Shown: positions 18,798 through 27,170 of the stretch, one piece after another
Layout of the letters: every line of letters begins with the position of its first letter
How positions within the stretch are numbered: the stretch's first letter is position 1
Virus record (IMG/VR): IMGVR_UViG_3300045988_047143
Location: 1 to 40,780 of that record
Length of the DNA stretch: 40,780 bases
Reading direction: 5' to 3' (one strand)
Source: a virus
Notes under the pieces: generated by a model
Seen by the model: only the letters and a program-made list of their open reading frames with translations
Databases searched by the model: none
Told to the model about the DNA's origin: nothing
Position numbers and translations under genes: made by a program

Positions 18798-19094
18798 TCA
18801 GGATTTCACCGCCCCTACCCCTTTGGGGTTGTTTTCGAATGCTGCCTTGAATGCTTTGATTGCGTTTGTGAATCGTGTGATGAGTTCGTCTGTGCTTGGT
18901 AGTTTTGGAGTGATGCGTGTGGTGTATGTGTCTCCGACTGTGAAGGTGTTGACTTCGTTGTGGGTGACTTTGACTGGGATGTTGACGGTGAATGAGCTGA
19001 TTGGGAATGTCTTGTCGCTGATTGTGGCGGTGAGCTCTAGTGTGACTGGCTGCTGTGGCATCATTGCCTCCTTGCTCATGCTGTTGTTATCCAT
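18798..19094 (-). CDS. Hypothetical protein (98 aa; more likely starts at MMPQQ about 19064 behind AAGGAGG)
   Basis: The ORF is visibly AT-richer than its neighbours and lies between HNH and TerS. Confidence 0.5.
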   Translation of the reverse strand: MDNNSMSKEAMMPQQPVTLELTATISDKTFPISSFTVNIPVKVTHNEVNTFTVGDTYTTRITPKLPSTDELITRFTNAIKAFKAAFENNPKGVGAVKS

Positions 19095-19381
19095 TGTCTT
19101 GAGAGTGTGCCGATTGGTGTTGGTGGGTCTTGGTTGCTTCTGAGCCGGTTGCAGCTGGTGTGGCTTGGTTTGAAGCCTGCCGGGTCGAACTGCAACTCAG
19201 GGTGCTTCGAGACGGGATAGAGGTGGTCGAGATTGAATGAATCGTCGGTGGTGTTCTTCGTGGCTGCATAGTCTATCGGCATGCCACACAACCAGCAGAC
19301 CGCATGCCGTGCTTTGCATTGGTTGAAGAATGCGGCCTTGTCTTTTTCGAATTGGCGTGTGGTCTTGCGGATTCTTGGCAT
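19076..19381 (-). CDS. HNH endonuclease, 101 aa
   Basis: CWLCG...DHLYPVSKHPE...SHTSCN gives the HNH/zinc pattern. It sits next to the terminase genes, as in HK97-like cos phages. Confidence 0.85.
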   Translation of the reverse strand: MPRIRKTTRQFEKDKAAFFNQCKARHAVCWLCGMPIDYAATKNTTDDSFNLDHLYPVSKHPELQFDPAGFKPSHTSCNRLRSNQDPPTPIGTLSRQWITTA

Positions 19382-19551
19382 GTGGTCACCGCCTTGTAAG
19401 TGCTTCGTGCCGGAGTCGGACCGGCGTGGGTGGAATGCGTTGTTGTCATCATGGTTGCGTGTGCAGTATGGCGCCATGGTTGGTTTGGGGTCCGACCGTT
19501 GGTATTTGCGCTATTCCGCCTGCTCTGCCGTTGAGCTATCGAAGCTGGATA

Positions 19552-19590
19552 TGTAAAATGGTCCAACCATCTCTGGCGAACCATTTTACA
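19552..19590. promoter_or_regulatory. 10-bp inverted repeat TGTAAAATGG-N19-CCATTTTACA in the 230-bp gap before the late genes
   Basis: Perfect inverted repeat (IR) seen directly, in the AT-rich intergenic region between the early/middle genes and HNH. Confidence 0.4.
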
Positions 19591-19611
19591 AACATACGAC
19601 AGTATAGCATT

Positions 19612-20364
19612 TTAATTGTGACAGTCAAGCATGGCTGTTATTTCTCCGAGGTTGAACACGTACTCTCCTTTGTGTTTTGTCGGCGTGGCGTGGAGTTTGC
19701 CTCTGGTGAGCCATTGGCGGATCTGGTCGCTGGTGCAGTGGATGTCCATTTTGGCGAGGTAGCGTGCGACTTCGACTGGTTTTCCGGTGTATTCGAGTTG
19801 CCAGAGTTTGTTGTCACGTTCGGCTTTGATGGCTTGGACTCCGCCTTGCCATTTGCAGGCTGGGCATGTCCATGTTTCGGCTTGTGGCGTGCTGGTGGCT
19901 TGGTGGCCGCATTTTGGGCAGGTGCCGATGATGACCATGGCTTCTTCCGGCGTCAACGCTTGTTCGTTGCGTCTGGCGATGTGTTCCAGGGCGGCGTAGT
20001 CGTCTGCTGCGGTCGGCATGTTCAATATGGTGTGCCGGTTGCTGATGATGGCATACCATGCTTTCCGCCAGTCGTACCCAGCGTATGCCGCTCTGATTTT
20101 GCCTGCCTGTTCGGCGAGCCATGCTTCGCTGTCTGCGATGAGGTCCTGCGCGCGGGTGTCGATCGGCAGTGGCGCGTTGCCTTTGTTTGGCGTGTGTGCC
20201 GAGGTGCCGATGTGCGCCTGACGGAGCATGATGCTTCGCAGGGCGGGCAGTTGGACGTGTCCGAGCTGGCGGATCAGCTGCCGGTAGGTTTCACGGCAGT
20301 TTGCGCAGAGCATGTTCGCCGTCGCCGGTTTCATGGGCTTGTGGCAGTGCTGGCAGTCGGTCAA
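19612..20364 (-). CDS. Zinc-ribbon / C-terminal HTH-like protein, about 250 aa (possible late-gene regulator)
   Basis: CQHC...CANC and CPKC...CPAC motifs. The C-terminus ...GEYVFNLGEITAML is MerR/excisionase-like. TTG start coupled to the upstream stop. Confidence 0.6.
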   Translation of the reverse strand: MTDCQHCHKPMKPATANMLCANCRETYRQLIRQLGHVQLPALRSIMLRQAHIGTSAHTPNKGNAPLPIDTRAQDLIADSEAWLAEQAGKIRAAYAGYDWRKAWYAIISNRHTILNMPTAADDYAALEHIARRNEQALTPEEAMVIIGTCPKCGHQATSTPQAETWTCPACKWQGGVQAIKAERDNKLWQLEYTGKPVEVARYLAKMDIHCTSDQIRQWLTRGKLHATPTKHKGEYVFNLGEITAMLDCHN

Positions 20365-20504
20365 AGTCTGGTCTCCTTGTCGTGCTGGTGAATGATGGCC
20401 GCGATTGCGGCTTTCGGCACTTGTGGCATGAGCGGCGCGATCTCGTCGAGCGCGTAGCCCGCTTGATGCCATTTGATGATCATGTCTTCGAGTATTTTCT
20501 TCAC
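20361..20504 (-). CDS. Small protein, 47 aa (HTH-like)
   Basis: GTGA overlap with the upstream stop and a TTGA overlap downstream; GC3 is acceptable. Confidence 0.4.
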   Translation of the reverse strand: MKKILEDMIIKWHQAGYALDEIAPLMPQVPKAAIAAIIHQHDKETRL

Positions 20505-20725
20505 TTGTATTCCTCCACTGTGTCGCAGCCGATGGTCTTGCCATGATCGGTCAAACAGACCCAGTTCACGTCGCCGGTCCTGACCGTCACCATGCCGTAA
20601 TCGTGATGCGTGACCGCATACCAAGACGCATAGATGCCTAATCCCCCCAGGGAGAGCATTGAGGTGCCGAATACCACCAGTGCGCCAATCAGAATTTTCT
20701 CAACCTTGTCCAAGTCGCCCATCAC
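20501..20725 (-). CDS. Small membrane protein, 74 aa
   Basis: One clear hydrophobic helix (ILIGALVVFGTSMLSLGGLGIYASWYAV); coupled start. Confidence 0.6.
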   Translation of the reverse strand: MMGDLDKVEKILIGALVVFGTSMLSLGGLGIYASWYAVTHHDYGMVTVRTGDVNWVCLTDHGKTIGCDTVEEYK

Positions 20726-21186
20726 TCACCTTCCTTTTCGATTTCGTTGATCTTGTTCTTGAGGGCCGTTAGAATTTCCCGTTTCGTACCGTTGTTCGCG
20801 AATGCCCACCAAATGCCTCTAAGCCCCGCCCAATCGGCGTCCCCGAGGGCGGCGAACAATGCATTGCACAGGCCAGACAAATTGGTGTCAGCGTAGAGCG
20901 GTATGCCGTGTATCGCCGCGTCGTTCGCATACCAGAGCGCTTTCCTCAAGTCTTCGACGCCGTTCTTCGACTGCCAGCGGTAGCAGTATTTGACCACGTT
21001 GCCCCAGTCGAAACTCAACAGGCGGGTCAGTTCGATGCATTCGAACGGGCCGTTCTCGTAATGCTTTGGGTGATTGACGTTGTCCATGTGCTGCTCCTTG
21101 ACCGATGCCGAATCTGATGATTGCGACGTATAGGCGGCACCGGCCAATACGTTGTCGGCGATGATTTCAAACGGGTTGTGTTTCAT
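20722..21186 (-). CDS. DUF3310-type protein, 154 aa
   Basis: VNHPKHYENGPFECIELTRLL...NVVKYCYRWQSKNGVEDLRKALWY matches the DUF3310 signature as I remember it. ATGA-coupled start at 21186. Confidence 0.7.
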   Translation of the reverse strand: MKHNPFEIIADNVLAGAAYTSQSSDSASVKEQHMDNVNHPKHYENGPFECIELTRLLSFDWGNVVKYCYRWQSKNGVEDLRKALWYANDAAIHGIPLYADTNLSGLCNALFAALGDADWAGLRGIWWAFANNGTKREILTALKNKINEIEKEGE

Positions 21187-21341
21187 TCGATGGTCTCCTT
21201 GTATGGGTTGTCGGTGGTGTGCGGCGGGAAATCGCATTCCTGGTCTTTCCAGCCTGCGGCGTAACCTTCCTGCCATGCCCTACGACGCTCGTGTTCCAAC
21301 CATTCACGGCTGTACATGATTTCCGGTTCGTCGTGTCTCAT
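21183..21341 (-). CDS. Small protein, 52 aa (MRHDEPEIMYSREWLEHERRRAWQEGY...)
   Basis: GGAGGAATC RBS, good GC3 and ATGA coupling downstream. It is below the 60-aa ORF-track cutoff. Confidence 0.5.
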   Translation of the reverse strand: MRHDEPEIMYSREWLEHERRRAWQEGYAAGWKDQECDFPPHTTDNPYKETIE

Positions 21342-21352
21342 GATTCCTCCTT

Positions 21353-21838
21353 TTAGAAAAGTGTTTGCTGTTCGCTGTCTTCGGGTTGCGGCCAGCTGGA
21401 ATCCGATAGGTCATTCACCGGTAGTCCGGCCCACGGGTCAGGGTTGCCGGGCACCGGCCGCGTTTTCGGAAAACCAGGAAGCGTCGAATAATGGAATCCG
21501 TTGTCGCCCACTTCCGCCGGCTTGACGCTGACGGGCATCAGGCCACATTCGTGCGCGCCCAAATATTGGCCGTCCGGACTGATGCCCAATGGTCCGGCGA
21601 CGGTTTCCAATCTGATGATGTCCATGTGTGACACGCGCCGGATGCGGATAAGCGGCCTGCCAAGAATGATCGCAGTAACCAGGTCGTCACCTTCGATGAT
21701 TCCCGCGTCCCATGACTGCCAGACCACGTCCCTTTCGCTGAAAATCCACCGGCCGCATGAGCACACGACCGGAAAGAGATGCGCCGGATTGCCTTCCGGG
21801 GCGAACCGGCGCATCCACTGTGGCGGTTTCCTGCTCAT
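21353..21838 (-). CDS. Hypothetical protein, 161 aa (start MSRKPPQW)
   Basis: ATGA coupling to the upstream zinc-ribbon ORF. The longer 196-aa version has a junk-like N-terminus. Confidence 0.6.
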   Translation of the reverse strand: MSRKPPQWMRRFAPEGNPAHLFPVVCSCGRWIFSERDVVWQSWDAGIIEGDDLVTAIILGRPLIRIRRVSHMDIIRLETVAGPLGISPDGQYLGAHECGLMPVSVKPAEVGDNGFHYSTLPGFPKTRPVPGNPDPWAGLPVNDLSDSSWPQPEDSEQQTLF

Positions 21839-21969
21839 CCCATCAGTCGCTTCCCAAAACCGTCGGACGCCTCCACGAGCCTGTAGCCGCAGTATGGGCA
21901 GGTCACGTAATATGCTCCGACACGTTCTCCGCAATGCGCGCATTCCACATACCTGATCGTCTTGTTCAT
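21835..21969 (-). CDS. Zinc-ribbon mini-protein, 44 aa (CAHC...CPYC)
   Basis: My own translation gives MNKTIRYVECAHCGERVGAYYVTCPYCGYRLVEASDGFGKRLMG. ATGA-coupled at both ends. Confidence 0.5.
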   Translation of the reverse strand: MNKTIRYVECAHCGERVGAYYVTCPYCGYRLVEASDGFGKRLMG

Positions 21970-22229
21970 CTGTCTACCGCCTTCACATTCGTGTCCTCGA
22001 TTTGATTAGGCACTTCGGACGGCATGGAGCCGCTGTAGCCGAGCATGGAACGGTAGTGGTCGGCTGTCTTTTTGTATGCGTTGATTTGTCCCTTCACGAC
22101 ACCGTATGCGTCCATTTCATGCTGCATCAGAAGAGCGTTCGCTAATCTCAGTCCTTCCACTTCTAGCTGTTCGCACCAGTCGATGACTTCCTGCAATGCT
22201 TTGTATTTTTCACTCACGTTCGTTACCAT
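21966..22229 (-). CDS. Hypothetical protein, 87 aa
   Basis: AAGGAGG RBS; follows the primase/helicase. Confidence 0.6.
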   Translation of the reverse strand: MVTNVSEKYKALQEVIDWCEQLEVEGLRLANALLMQHEMDAYGVVKGQINAYKKTADHYRSMLGYSGSMPSEVPNQIEDTNVKAVDR

Positions 22230-22240
22230 GGTGTTCCTCC

Positions 22241-24646
22241 TTAGTTGAGGCTTCGTTTGATTGATTTCCAGATCTGGTCGAGTTCGGCATCGGCCAATCC
22301 ACTATCCCTACCGCGCCGCAGCAGGTCATCGTGGATCTGCTGTTCGTTCTCGGGATGATTCTTCAGCCGTCCGTACGCCCACGCATGCAGCATGCTGTTG
22401 CGTTGGCCCTCCGGCACCGGCGTCATATCCGGCGTGCCATTGGAATTCGACGTGGCACGCCTATCGGCCATGACATCGTCCAGACTCATTTGCGGCGCGT
22501 CCGGCTTCGGCTCGTTCGTGTAGCCGTAATCCTTGAGCATGCGCATGACCGCCTCGCTTGCCTCCGGCACCACGCCGGCGGGCAGATCCGCCAGCTCATA
22601 CCGTTTGCCGTCGATGACGCTGCCGGGGCCAAGCACATAACCCTTGTTGCTCACACGCAGGTCGATCGGCAGATTCTGCTCATGCACCGCGTTCTTCAAT
22701 AATCCGATATCCATGCCGGCTGGCATGCGATAGTACAGGTGCATGCCATGCGGTGTTTTCGTGACCAGCGTGGCAGGAAGCATGTCGGTGCCATAGTCGC
22801 CGGTCAACGCCTGCAAGCACTGCCAGCCGTCAGGACCGCCATCCTCGGACGGCTTGTCGCAGTCGATGACGAAACAGTCGCCGAGCGGAACGACCGCATA
22901 CCTGCTCATCTGGCCGGTGATGAACGATGCGTCCACGTGGCTATCGTCAGACGGATTCAACCGCTTCCACGACAACGACACCTTTCCATCAACAGCGCCG
23001 CCGGATTTGCGTGCCTTGCCCTCGCATGGAGCGAAACCGACATGGCCATCCAACGCAGATTCGACGATGCCGGCCAGATCATGACAATCGCCCACATCCT
23101 CCAACGGGAGCAGACTGTCACGAGACGGCTTCGACAATGCCGTCTGCCACCAAGTGTCGGCAGGCTCCGTCTCGTTGTCGAGAGCGGCCTTACGGTACGC
23201 GTCGAAACGGTCACGGTTGACGACGCGGACGACACGCGGCTGTCCCTTGCCAGGCAATGCCCTGGAACGCGCGTTCTCCAATCCGAGCACGTCCATAATG
23301 GATTGCGGAATGGTCGTGTGGAATTCCTTACGGTAGTCGCCTTTCACGGCAACCGGGTCCCCATACTGCTCTTCGTTCGACGCGATTTCGCTGATCAGCC
23401 AATACATCTCATCGCTGATGTTGCGGGCAGGACTCAGATTCACGATCTCCGGCTCGTCCGACCTCTCCCACAGGCGGCACGACAGCACGAAGAACGCTGC
23501 GGGATGCCGATGACAGAAACCCTCGATCGCATGATATTCGTCATACGAACGACCCTTCGACTGGTGGAATTCCACCTTGACGAAGCGTCGCACGTCCGAA
23601 TTCTCACCGGAATCCGCGAACTGCATGTTCGTCAGAATCAGCAACGTCGCAGATGGCGTCATCACGCGATAACGACCGCCGGTAACGCGGGCATTGACCT
23701 GCGAGCCGGTCGACAATGCTCGCAGTAAAGGAAGCATGTCCTCAGTGACCGCGCAGGCCTCGTCGTCAATCGCGAATGCCTTGCCGTCCATCTCATCATT
23801 CATCGATTCGCGGCCAAGCGTATAGCCGCCTCCTGCGCAGTAGCCTTGCACGCTGAAGCCGGGAAACACCTTGCCTACACCCAACACGCCAAGCAACGCC
23901 TGACGGGCGATCAGCGTCTTGCCATCACCACCATGGCCGGACAGCACATAGGAAAGCTGCTTGAACGGTTCCAACCACGGAGTCGCGAACATGCGGCATA
24001 GATTCGCATAGGACTTCTCGTCGACGGTCAGCCATCTGAGTATCCGTTCCGCGTCCTTCAAAGCCTGATTGCCCATGCCGGCAGGCGAGAAAGTCTGTGT
24101 GACGGCGATATCCGGCTCATTCTGCAGGCAAACGACTTTGCCATCGCGCCGCACCCATACGCAGGGGTCGCAGCGCACGCCGCGCTCGACTTGGTCGAAC
24201 CATTGGCTTCGCTTCGCCTCGCGCAGGATCGTGGCCGAATAGAGCGGATTGCGGTCGCCGCTGCGCGCGTTGCCGCCGATATGGTATTCATCCTCGATGG
24301 TCTTGACCGGATGCCAGCTGTTGAGCAGCAGTCGTTCGCCTTCGTGGTCGGCCATGTCCGGGTCGCGACGCCATAACCTGTCCTGTGACGGACAGTAGCG
24401 AAGGTGGCCTTCGCGGAGTTCCCATATGGCTTTCTGATATCCGGCCGCCACGACGGGCTCCTTCTTGCGTCGGTCGTTCTCTCCGCCGCCTTGGCAGATG
24501 AGTTCGAGGTTGTGGCCGGTGATGGTCGTGACGATCGTGTGGTCGTTCGCCGGAGTGAAGGTGAGTGCAAGCATGTGGAAGATTCCTGCGAAAATTGCCG
24601 GCAGGTCTTCGGTTGGTATCGGCTGGTATTGGCGATAGTCCCTCAT
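22241..24646 (-). CDS. Replicative primase/helicase fusion: D5/P4-type P-loop helicase followed by Prim-Pol and PriCT-like domains, 801 aa
   Basis: Walker A SGHGGDGKT and Walker B FAIDDE lie in the first half. Prim-Pol motifs (CFVIDCD, TKTPHGMHLYY, DLRVSNKGYVLGPGS) and a PriCT-like tail lie in the second half. AAGGAGGTGG RBS before the ATG at 24646. Confidence 0.85.
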   Translation of the reverse strand: MRDYRQYQPIPTEDLPAIFAGIFHMLALTFTPANDHTIVTTITGHNLELICQGGGENDRRKKEPVVAAGYQKAIWELREGHLRYCPSQDRLWRRDPDMADHEGERLLLNSWHPVKTIEDEYHIGGNARSGDRNPLYSATILREAKRSQWFDQVERGVRCDPCVWVRRDGKVVCLQNEPDIAVTQTFSPAGMGNQALKDAERILRWLTVDEKSYANLCRMFATPWLEPFKQLSYVLSGHGGDGKTLIARQALLGVLGVGKVFPGFSVQGYCAGGGYTLGRESMNDEMDGKAFAIDDEACAVTEDMLPLLRALSTGSQVNARVTGGRYRVMTPSATLLILTNMQFADSGENSDVRRFVKVEFHQSKGRSYDEYHAIEGFCHRHPAAFFVLSCRLWERSDEPEIVNLSPARNISDEMYWLISEIASNEEQYGDPVAVKGDYRKEFHTTIPQSIMDVLGLENARSRALPGKGQPRVVRVVNRDRFDAYRKAALDNETEPADTWWQTALSKPSRDSLLPLEDVGDCHDLAGIVESALDGHVGFAPCEGKARKSGGAVDGKVSLSWKRLNPSDDSHVDASFITGQMSRYAVVPLGDCFVIDCDKPSEDGGPDGWQCLQALTGDYGTDMLPATLVTKTPHGMHLYYRMPAGMDIGLLKNAVHEQNLPIDLRVSNKGYVLGPGSVIDGKRYELADLPAGVVPEASEAVMRMLKDYGYTNEPKPDAPQMSLDDVMADRRATSNSNGTPDMTPVPEGQRNSMLHAWAYGRLKNHPENEQQIHDDLLRRGRDSGLADAELDQIWKSIKRSLN

Positions 24647-24686
24647 TTTTCCACCTCCTTTTTCGCTGTGCCGTTCCACGCCCATA

Positions 24687-24870
24687 ACACACAACACAAA
24701 ACAAACAAAATAAATACATATATAAAAAACAATGGAACATTGGTTGTTTGTTTATATATGGTTGAAATTCCGGCACTTTCACTGTGCCAAAGCTTTGGCA
24801 CAGAATGGCACATGTGCCGTTTTTTTGATGATGGGAGCTGTTCCACTGTGCATACCTGTGCCATTTCCAT
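24687..24870. promoter_or_regulatory. Candidate replication origin and/or middle promoter: A/T-rich tract plus clustered GTGCC/GGCAC palindromes
   Basis: 22-bp perfect palindrome CTGTGCCAAAGCTTTGGCACAG (24782-24803) and 12-bp GGCACATGTGCC (24807-24818). There are extra half-sites at about 24772, 24845 and 24855, plus an A/T-rich stretch at 24687-24760. Confidence 0.5.
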
Positions 24871-24908
24871 AGGTTTCCTCTCGAAGAGACTCGTCATGTT
24901 TGGAACAA

Positions 24909-24940
24909 GCGTCCGCCGCCGTTGTGTCCGAGGCGGACGC
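24909..24940 (-). terminator. Hairpin after the 248-aa gene (9-bp stem GCGTCCGCC/GGCGGACGC)
   Basis: The stem is seen directly, but the T-tract is weak. Confidence 0.35.
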
Positions 24941-24959
24941 TGTCGAATTCATGACCGGC

Positions 24960-25706
24960 CTAGAATTCAGGCTCTCGTCCACTGCCTGCGCCGAACGCGT
25001 TGACGACCTGGTCGACCGGCTTGCCGAGGAGTCCCGCGATCTCCTGCGCGGTCTTTCCCGCAGCTGCGAGCTGGCTTATGGTCTGCCTGTCGCTCGCGGT
25101 CAATCCGGTCGGCTGTCCATAGGCGGACTGTTGGGGCTGCTGTGGCGCATACTGCTGCTGTCCTGCCTGCGGGTCGTTCATCGCCGCGTTCAGATCGGAC
25201 TGCTTCTTCGGCGTGACGACGTAGTCGTAGATCTTCGCATCGTTGTATCCGCGGGTCTTCGCTGGCTGCGTGCGCGCGAACGTGGCTTTCAGATGGTCGC
25301 CGACGTTCGGATGGTCGCCGACTCCGGCCTGACGGCATGCGAGGCGCAATTGGCCGATGTTGTAGCCTTTGACGTACACGCCGCGGATGCCGCTGTCTCC
25401 GACCCTGTCGGGGTCCTGCAGGCTGGTCTGCAAGTGGATGACGACCTGCGGTTTCGCCTTGCCGTTCGGATAGTACAATGGTTCGCCGGTGGTGAAGTCT
25501 GTCTGCTGTTCCGCGCGGATTTCGACGATTTCGCCTTCCACGCTGGTGCCGATCGGATCGTCCTTGCTGAACGCGCTGGGCGCGCCTCCTTGCATGACGT
25601 CGTCGAGGCTCAACGCTTCGGCGGACTGCTGCTGCGCCTGTTGTGGCCGGTAGCTGGCTCCGCCTTGCTGGGTGAATCCGCCACCATAGTTTTGTGTTCC
25701 GAACAT
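24960..25706 (-). CDS. Q/G-rich protein with a possible OB-like core and a C-terminal HTH-like segment, 248 aa
   Basis: Start MFGTQNYGGG. The C-terminus reads LTASDRQTISQLAAAGKTAQEIAGLLG. It lies next to the exonuclease, so it may be an ssDNA-binding/annealing or origin-binding protein. Confidence 0.6.
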   Translation of the reverse strand: MFGTQNYGGGFTQQGGASYRPQQAQQQSAEALSLDDVMQGGAPSAFSKDDPIGTSVEGEIVEIRAEQQTDFTTGEPLYYPNGKAKPQVVIHLQTSLQDPDRVGDSGIRGVYVKGYNIGQLRLACRQAGVGDHPNVGDHLKATFARTQPAKTRGYNDAKIYDYVVTPKKQSDLNAAMNDPQAGQQQYAPQQPQQSAYGQPTGLTASDRQTISQLAAAGKTAQEIAGLLGKPVDQVVNAFGAGSGREPEF

Positions 25707-25714
25707 TGTGTTTT

Positions 25715-26668
25715 TTACCTTTCTGTTTCCCTGTAGGTGGATTCGAGCAGCCCGACGAGCTGCCCCCATTTGTCCGGCAATGCCGGATATTGGTCTTCGT
25801 TGAGTTCGGAGAGGTTTCCGAGCTGGTCGTCCGGCCATGTGCCGCATTGGAAGCAGTGGGTCGGACTGGTCGGCAGGGCGTGGATCCACGCGTCACGCGT
25901 TTCGACGCCGTCCTCCTGTTCGATGAGGTCGAGGAGGTTGACGATGAGCTGCGCGCGGCTTAAAGCCCATTTGCCGGGTTTCGGGTCGAAGTCGAATTCG
26001 ATTGGCAGTGCGTCGGCCAGGCTGACGCTGTTCCTGGGCAGGAAGTAGATGGCGTTCCTTTTGCATGGTTCGCCGTCGTTTTCCAATCCGATGCCATATA
26101 GGCTTGCTTGGATGCGGTATTGTTGGCTTGGCCCGTTGGCTTTGACGTTGCGGATCGTGGTGTTGCCGGTGATTTTCCAGTCGATGGTCATGCCGGTCTT
26201 CGCATCCCACAGGTCGATGCTGCCGCTGATTTTCTGGAGGCCGTGCAAACCATGGATTTCACCCACGTGCACGGTCTTTTCGGCTTCGAACCGGCTGGTA
26301 GTCTCGTCATGGTCGCCGACGCCACTGCCCTCGTCGGGCACATGGATGGTGGTCATTTCACGATTCTCGTCGAACAGTTGCTCGAATCGGGCGTGGACTG
26401 CCGTGCCGATGAATGGGAGCCATGCGGCCGACTGGCGTTTCTCCCATCCTGCGAGCCGGGCGGCGAGGCAGTGGAGGCAGTCGGTGCCGAGTTCCGATGG
26501 TCCGATCTCCTTTTGCAGGCTTCTCGGCTGGTTGGTGATGTGGTCTTCGATGATGCCGCGTATCTCATCCCATTCCGTCGACTTCACCGTGGGTGCCGGC
26601 GTCGTTTCCGGTGTGGTCTGGTTTGCGGCCATGACGGCTTCAAGGTCGAGTTCGCTGGCCATTTTCAT
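25715..26668 (-). CDS. PD-(D/E)xK exonuclease, Cas4/RecB-like with Cys cluster, 317 aa
   Basis: The pattern is CLHC...GSIDLWD...IDWKITG...CFQC, i.e. nuclease motifs plus four Cys. ATGA-coupled start. Confidence 0.8.
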   Translation of the reverse strand: MKMASELDLEAVMAANQTTPETTPAPTVKSTEWDEIRGIIEDHITNQPRSLQKEIGPSELGTDCLHCLAARLAGWEKRQSAAWLPFIGTAVHARFEQLFDENREMTTIHVPDEGSGVGDHDETTSRFEAEKTVHVGEIHGLHGLQKISGSIDLWDAKTGMTIDWKITGNTTIRNVKANGPSQQYRIQASLYGIGLENDGEPCKRNAIYFLPRNSVSLADALPIEFDFDPKPGKWALSRAQLIVNLLDLIEQEDGVETRDAWIHALPTSPTHCFQCGTWPDDQLGNLSELNEDQYPALPDKWGQLVGLLESTYRETER

Positions 26669-26835
26669 GCCTCGCATTTCACGTCGAATAGGTAGCGGTA
26701 CAGGAGGTCGGAAAAGTATCCGAGGTCGTCCGCGTCGATGAGATACACGTTCTCGCTTAAGGACTTGTCGTAGGCGTCCAGCGCGTTGTTCAACGCGTGG
26801 TTGAAGTGTTGTCTGATGATCTTGTCGCCCATCAT
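26665..26835 (-). CDS. Small protein, 56 aa
   Basis: ATGA-coupled at both ends (MMGDKIIRQHF...). Confidence 0.45.
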   Translation of the reverse strand: MMGDKIIRQHFNHALNNALDAYDKSLSENVYLIDADDLGYFSDLLYRYLFDVKCEA

Positions 26836-27167
26836 TCGACCACCAGGCTTGCCGCGCCGACTTTCACGCAATCCTGCAAAGCGTTTTCGCCGACCAGTTT
26901 GATGATCGCGGACAATGCTTTCGGCTTGACCTGATAGCAGTCCGCATGCTGTTGGATTGGGAAGTGTTTTTCGAATGCTTTGGCGTCGAGGTTGCGTTTG
27001 CCTTTCTTGATTTTCACGGTCAATGGTCCGGCCGCGTATTCGCCGGGCTCGCGGTTTTCCATGATGAGTGCTTTGAGACTGTCGGCCTGTTCCTGCAGTT
27101 GGTGGATTCGGTCGAGGATTTCCGCGTATCTGCTTGCCAGCGTGGCCAGTTCCTGCTGTTCTGCCAT
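26832..27167 (-). CDS. Hypothetical protein, 111 aa (N-terminal coiled coil)
   Basis: ORF in the early operon. Confidence 0.6.
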   Translation of the reverse strand: MAEQQELATLASRYAEILDRIHQLQEQADSLKALIMENREPGEYAAGPLTVKIKKGKRNLDAKAFEKHFPIQQHADCYQVKPKALSAIIKLVGENALQDCVKVGAASLVVE

Positions 27168-27170
27168 TGG

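Noticed and set aside
19521-19545. A tRNA gene on the minus strand (GCTTCGA-TA-GCTC-AACGGCA-GAGC-A looks like acceptor + D-arm).
   Set aside because: The sequence after the D-arm has no anticodon stem complement, no T-arm and no TCGAAGC 3' acceptor. At most it is a tRNA fragment or a chance resemblance.
24643-24897. Small ORFs (84 aa and 67 aa) in the gap upstream of the primase/helicase.
   Set aside because: They run through the A/T-rich tract and the palindromes, have low GC3, and lack an RBS. The region is interpreted as ori/promoter.
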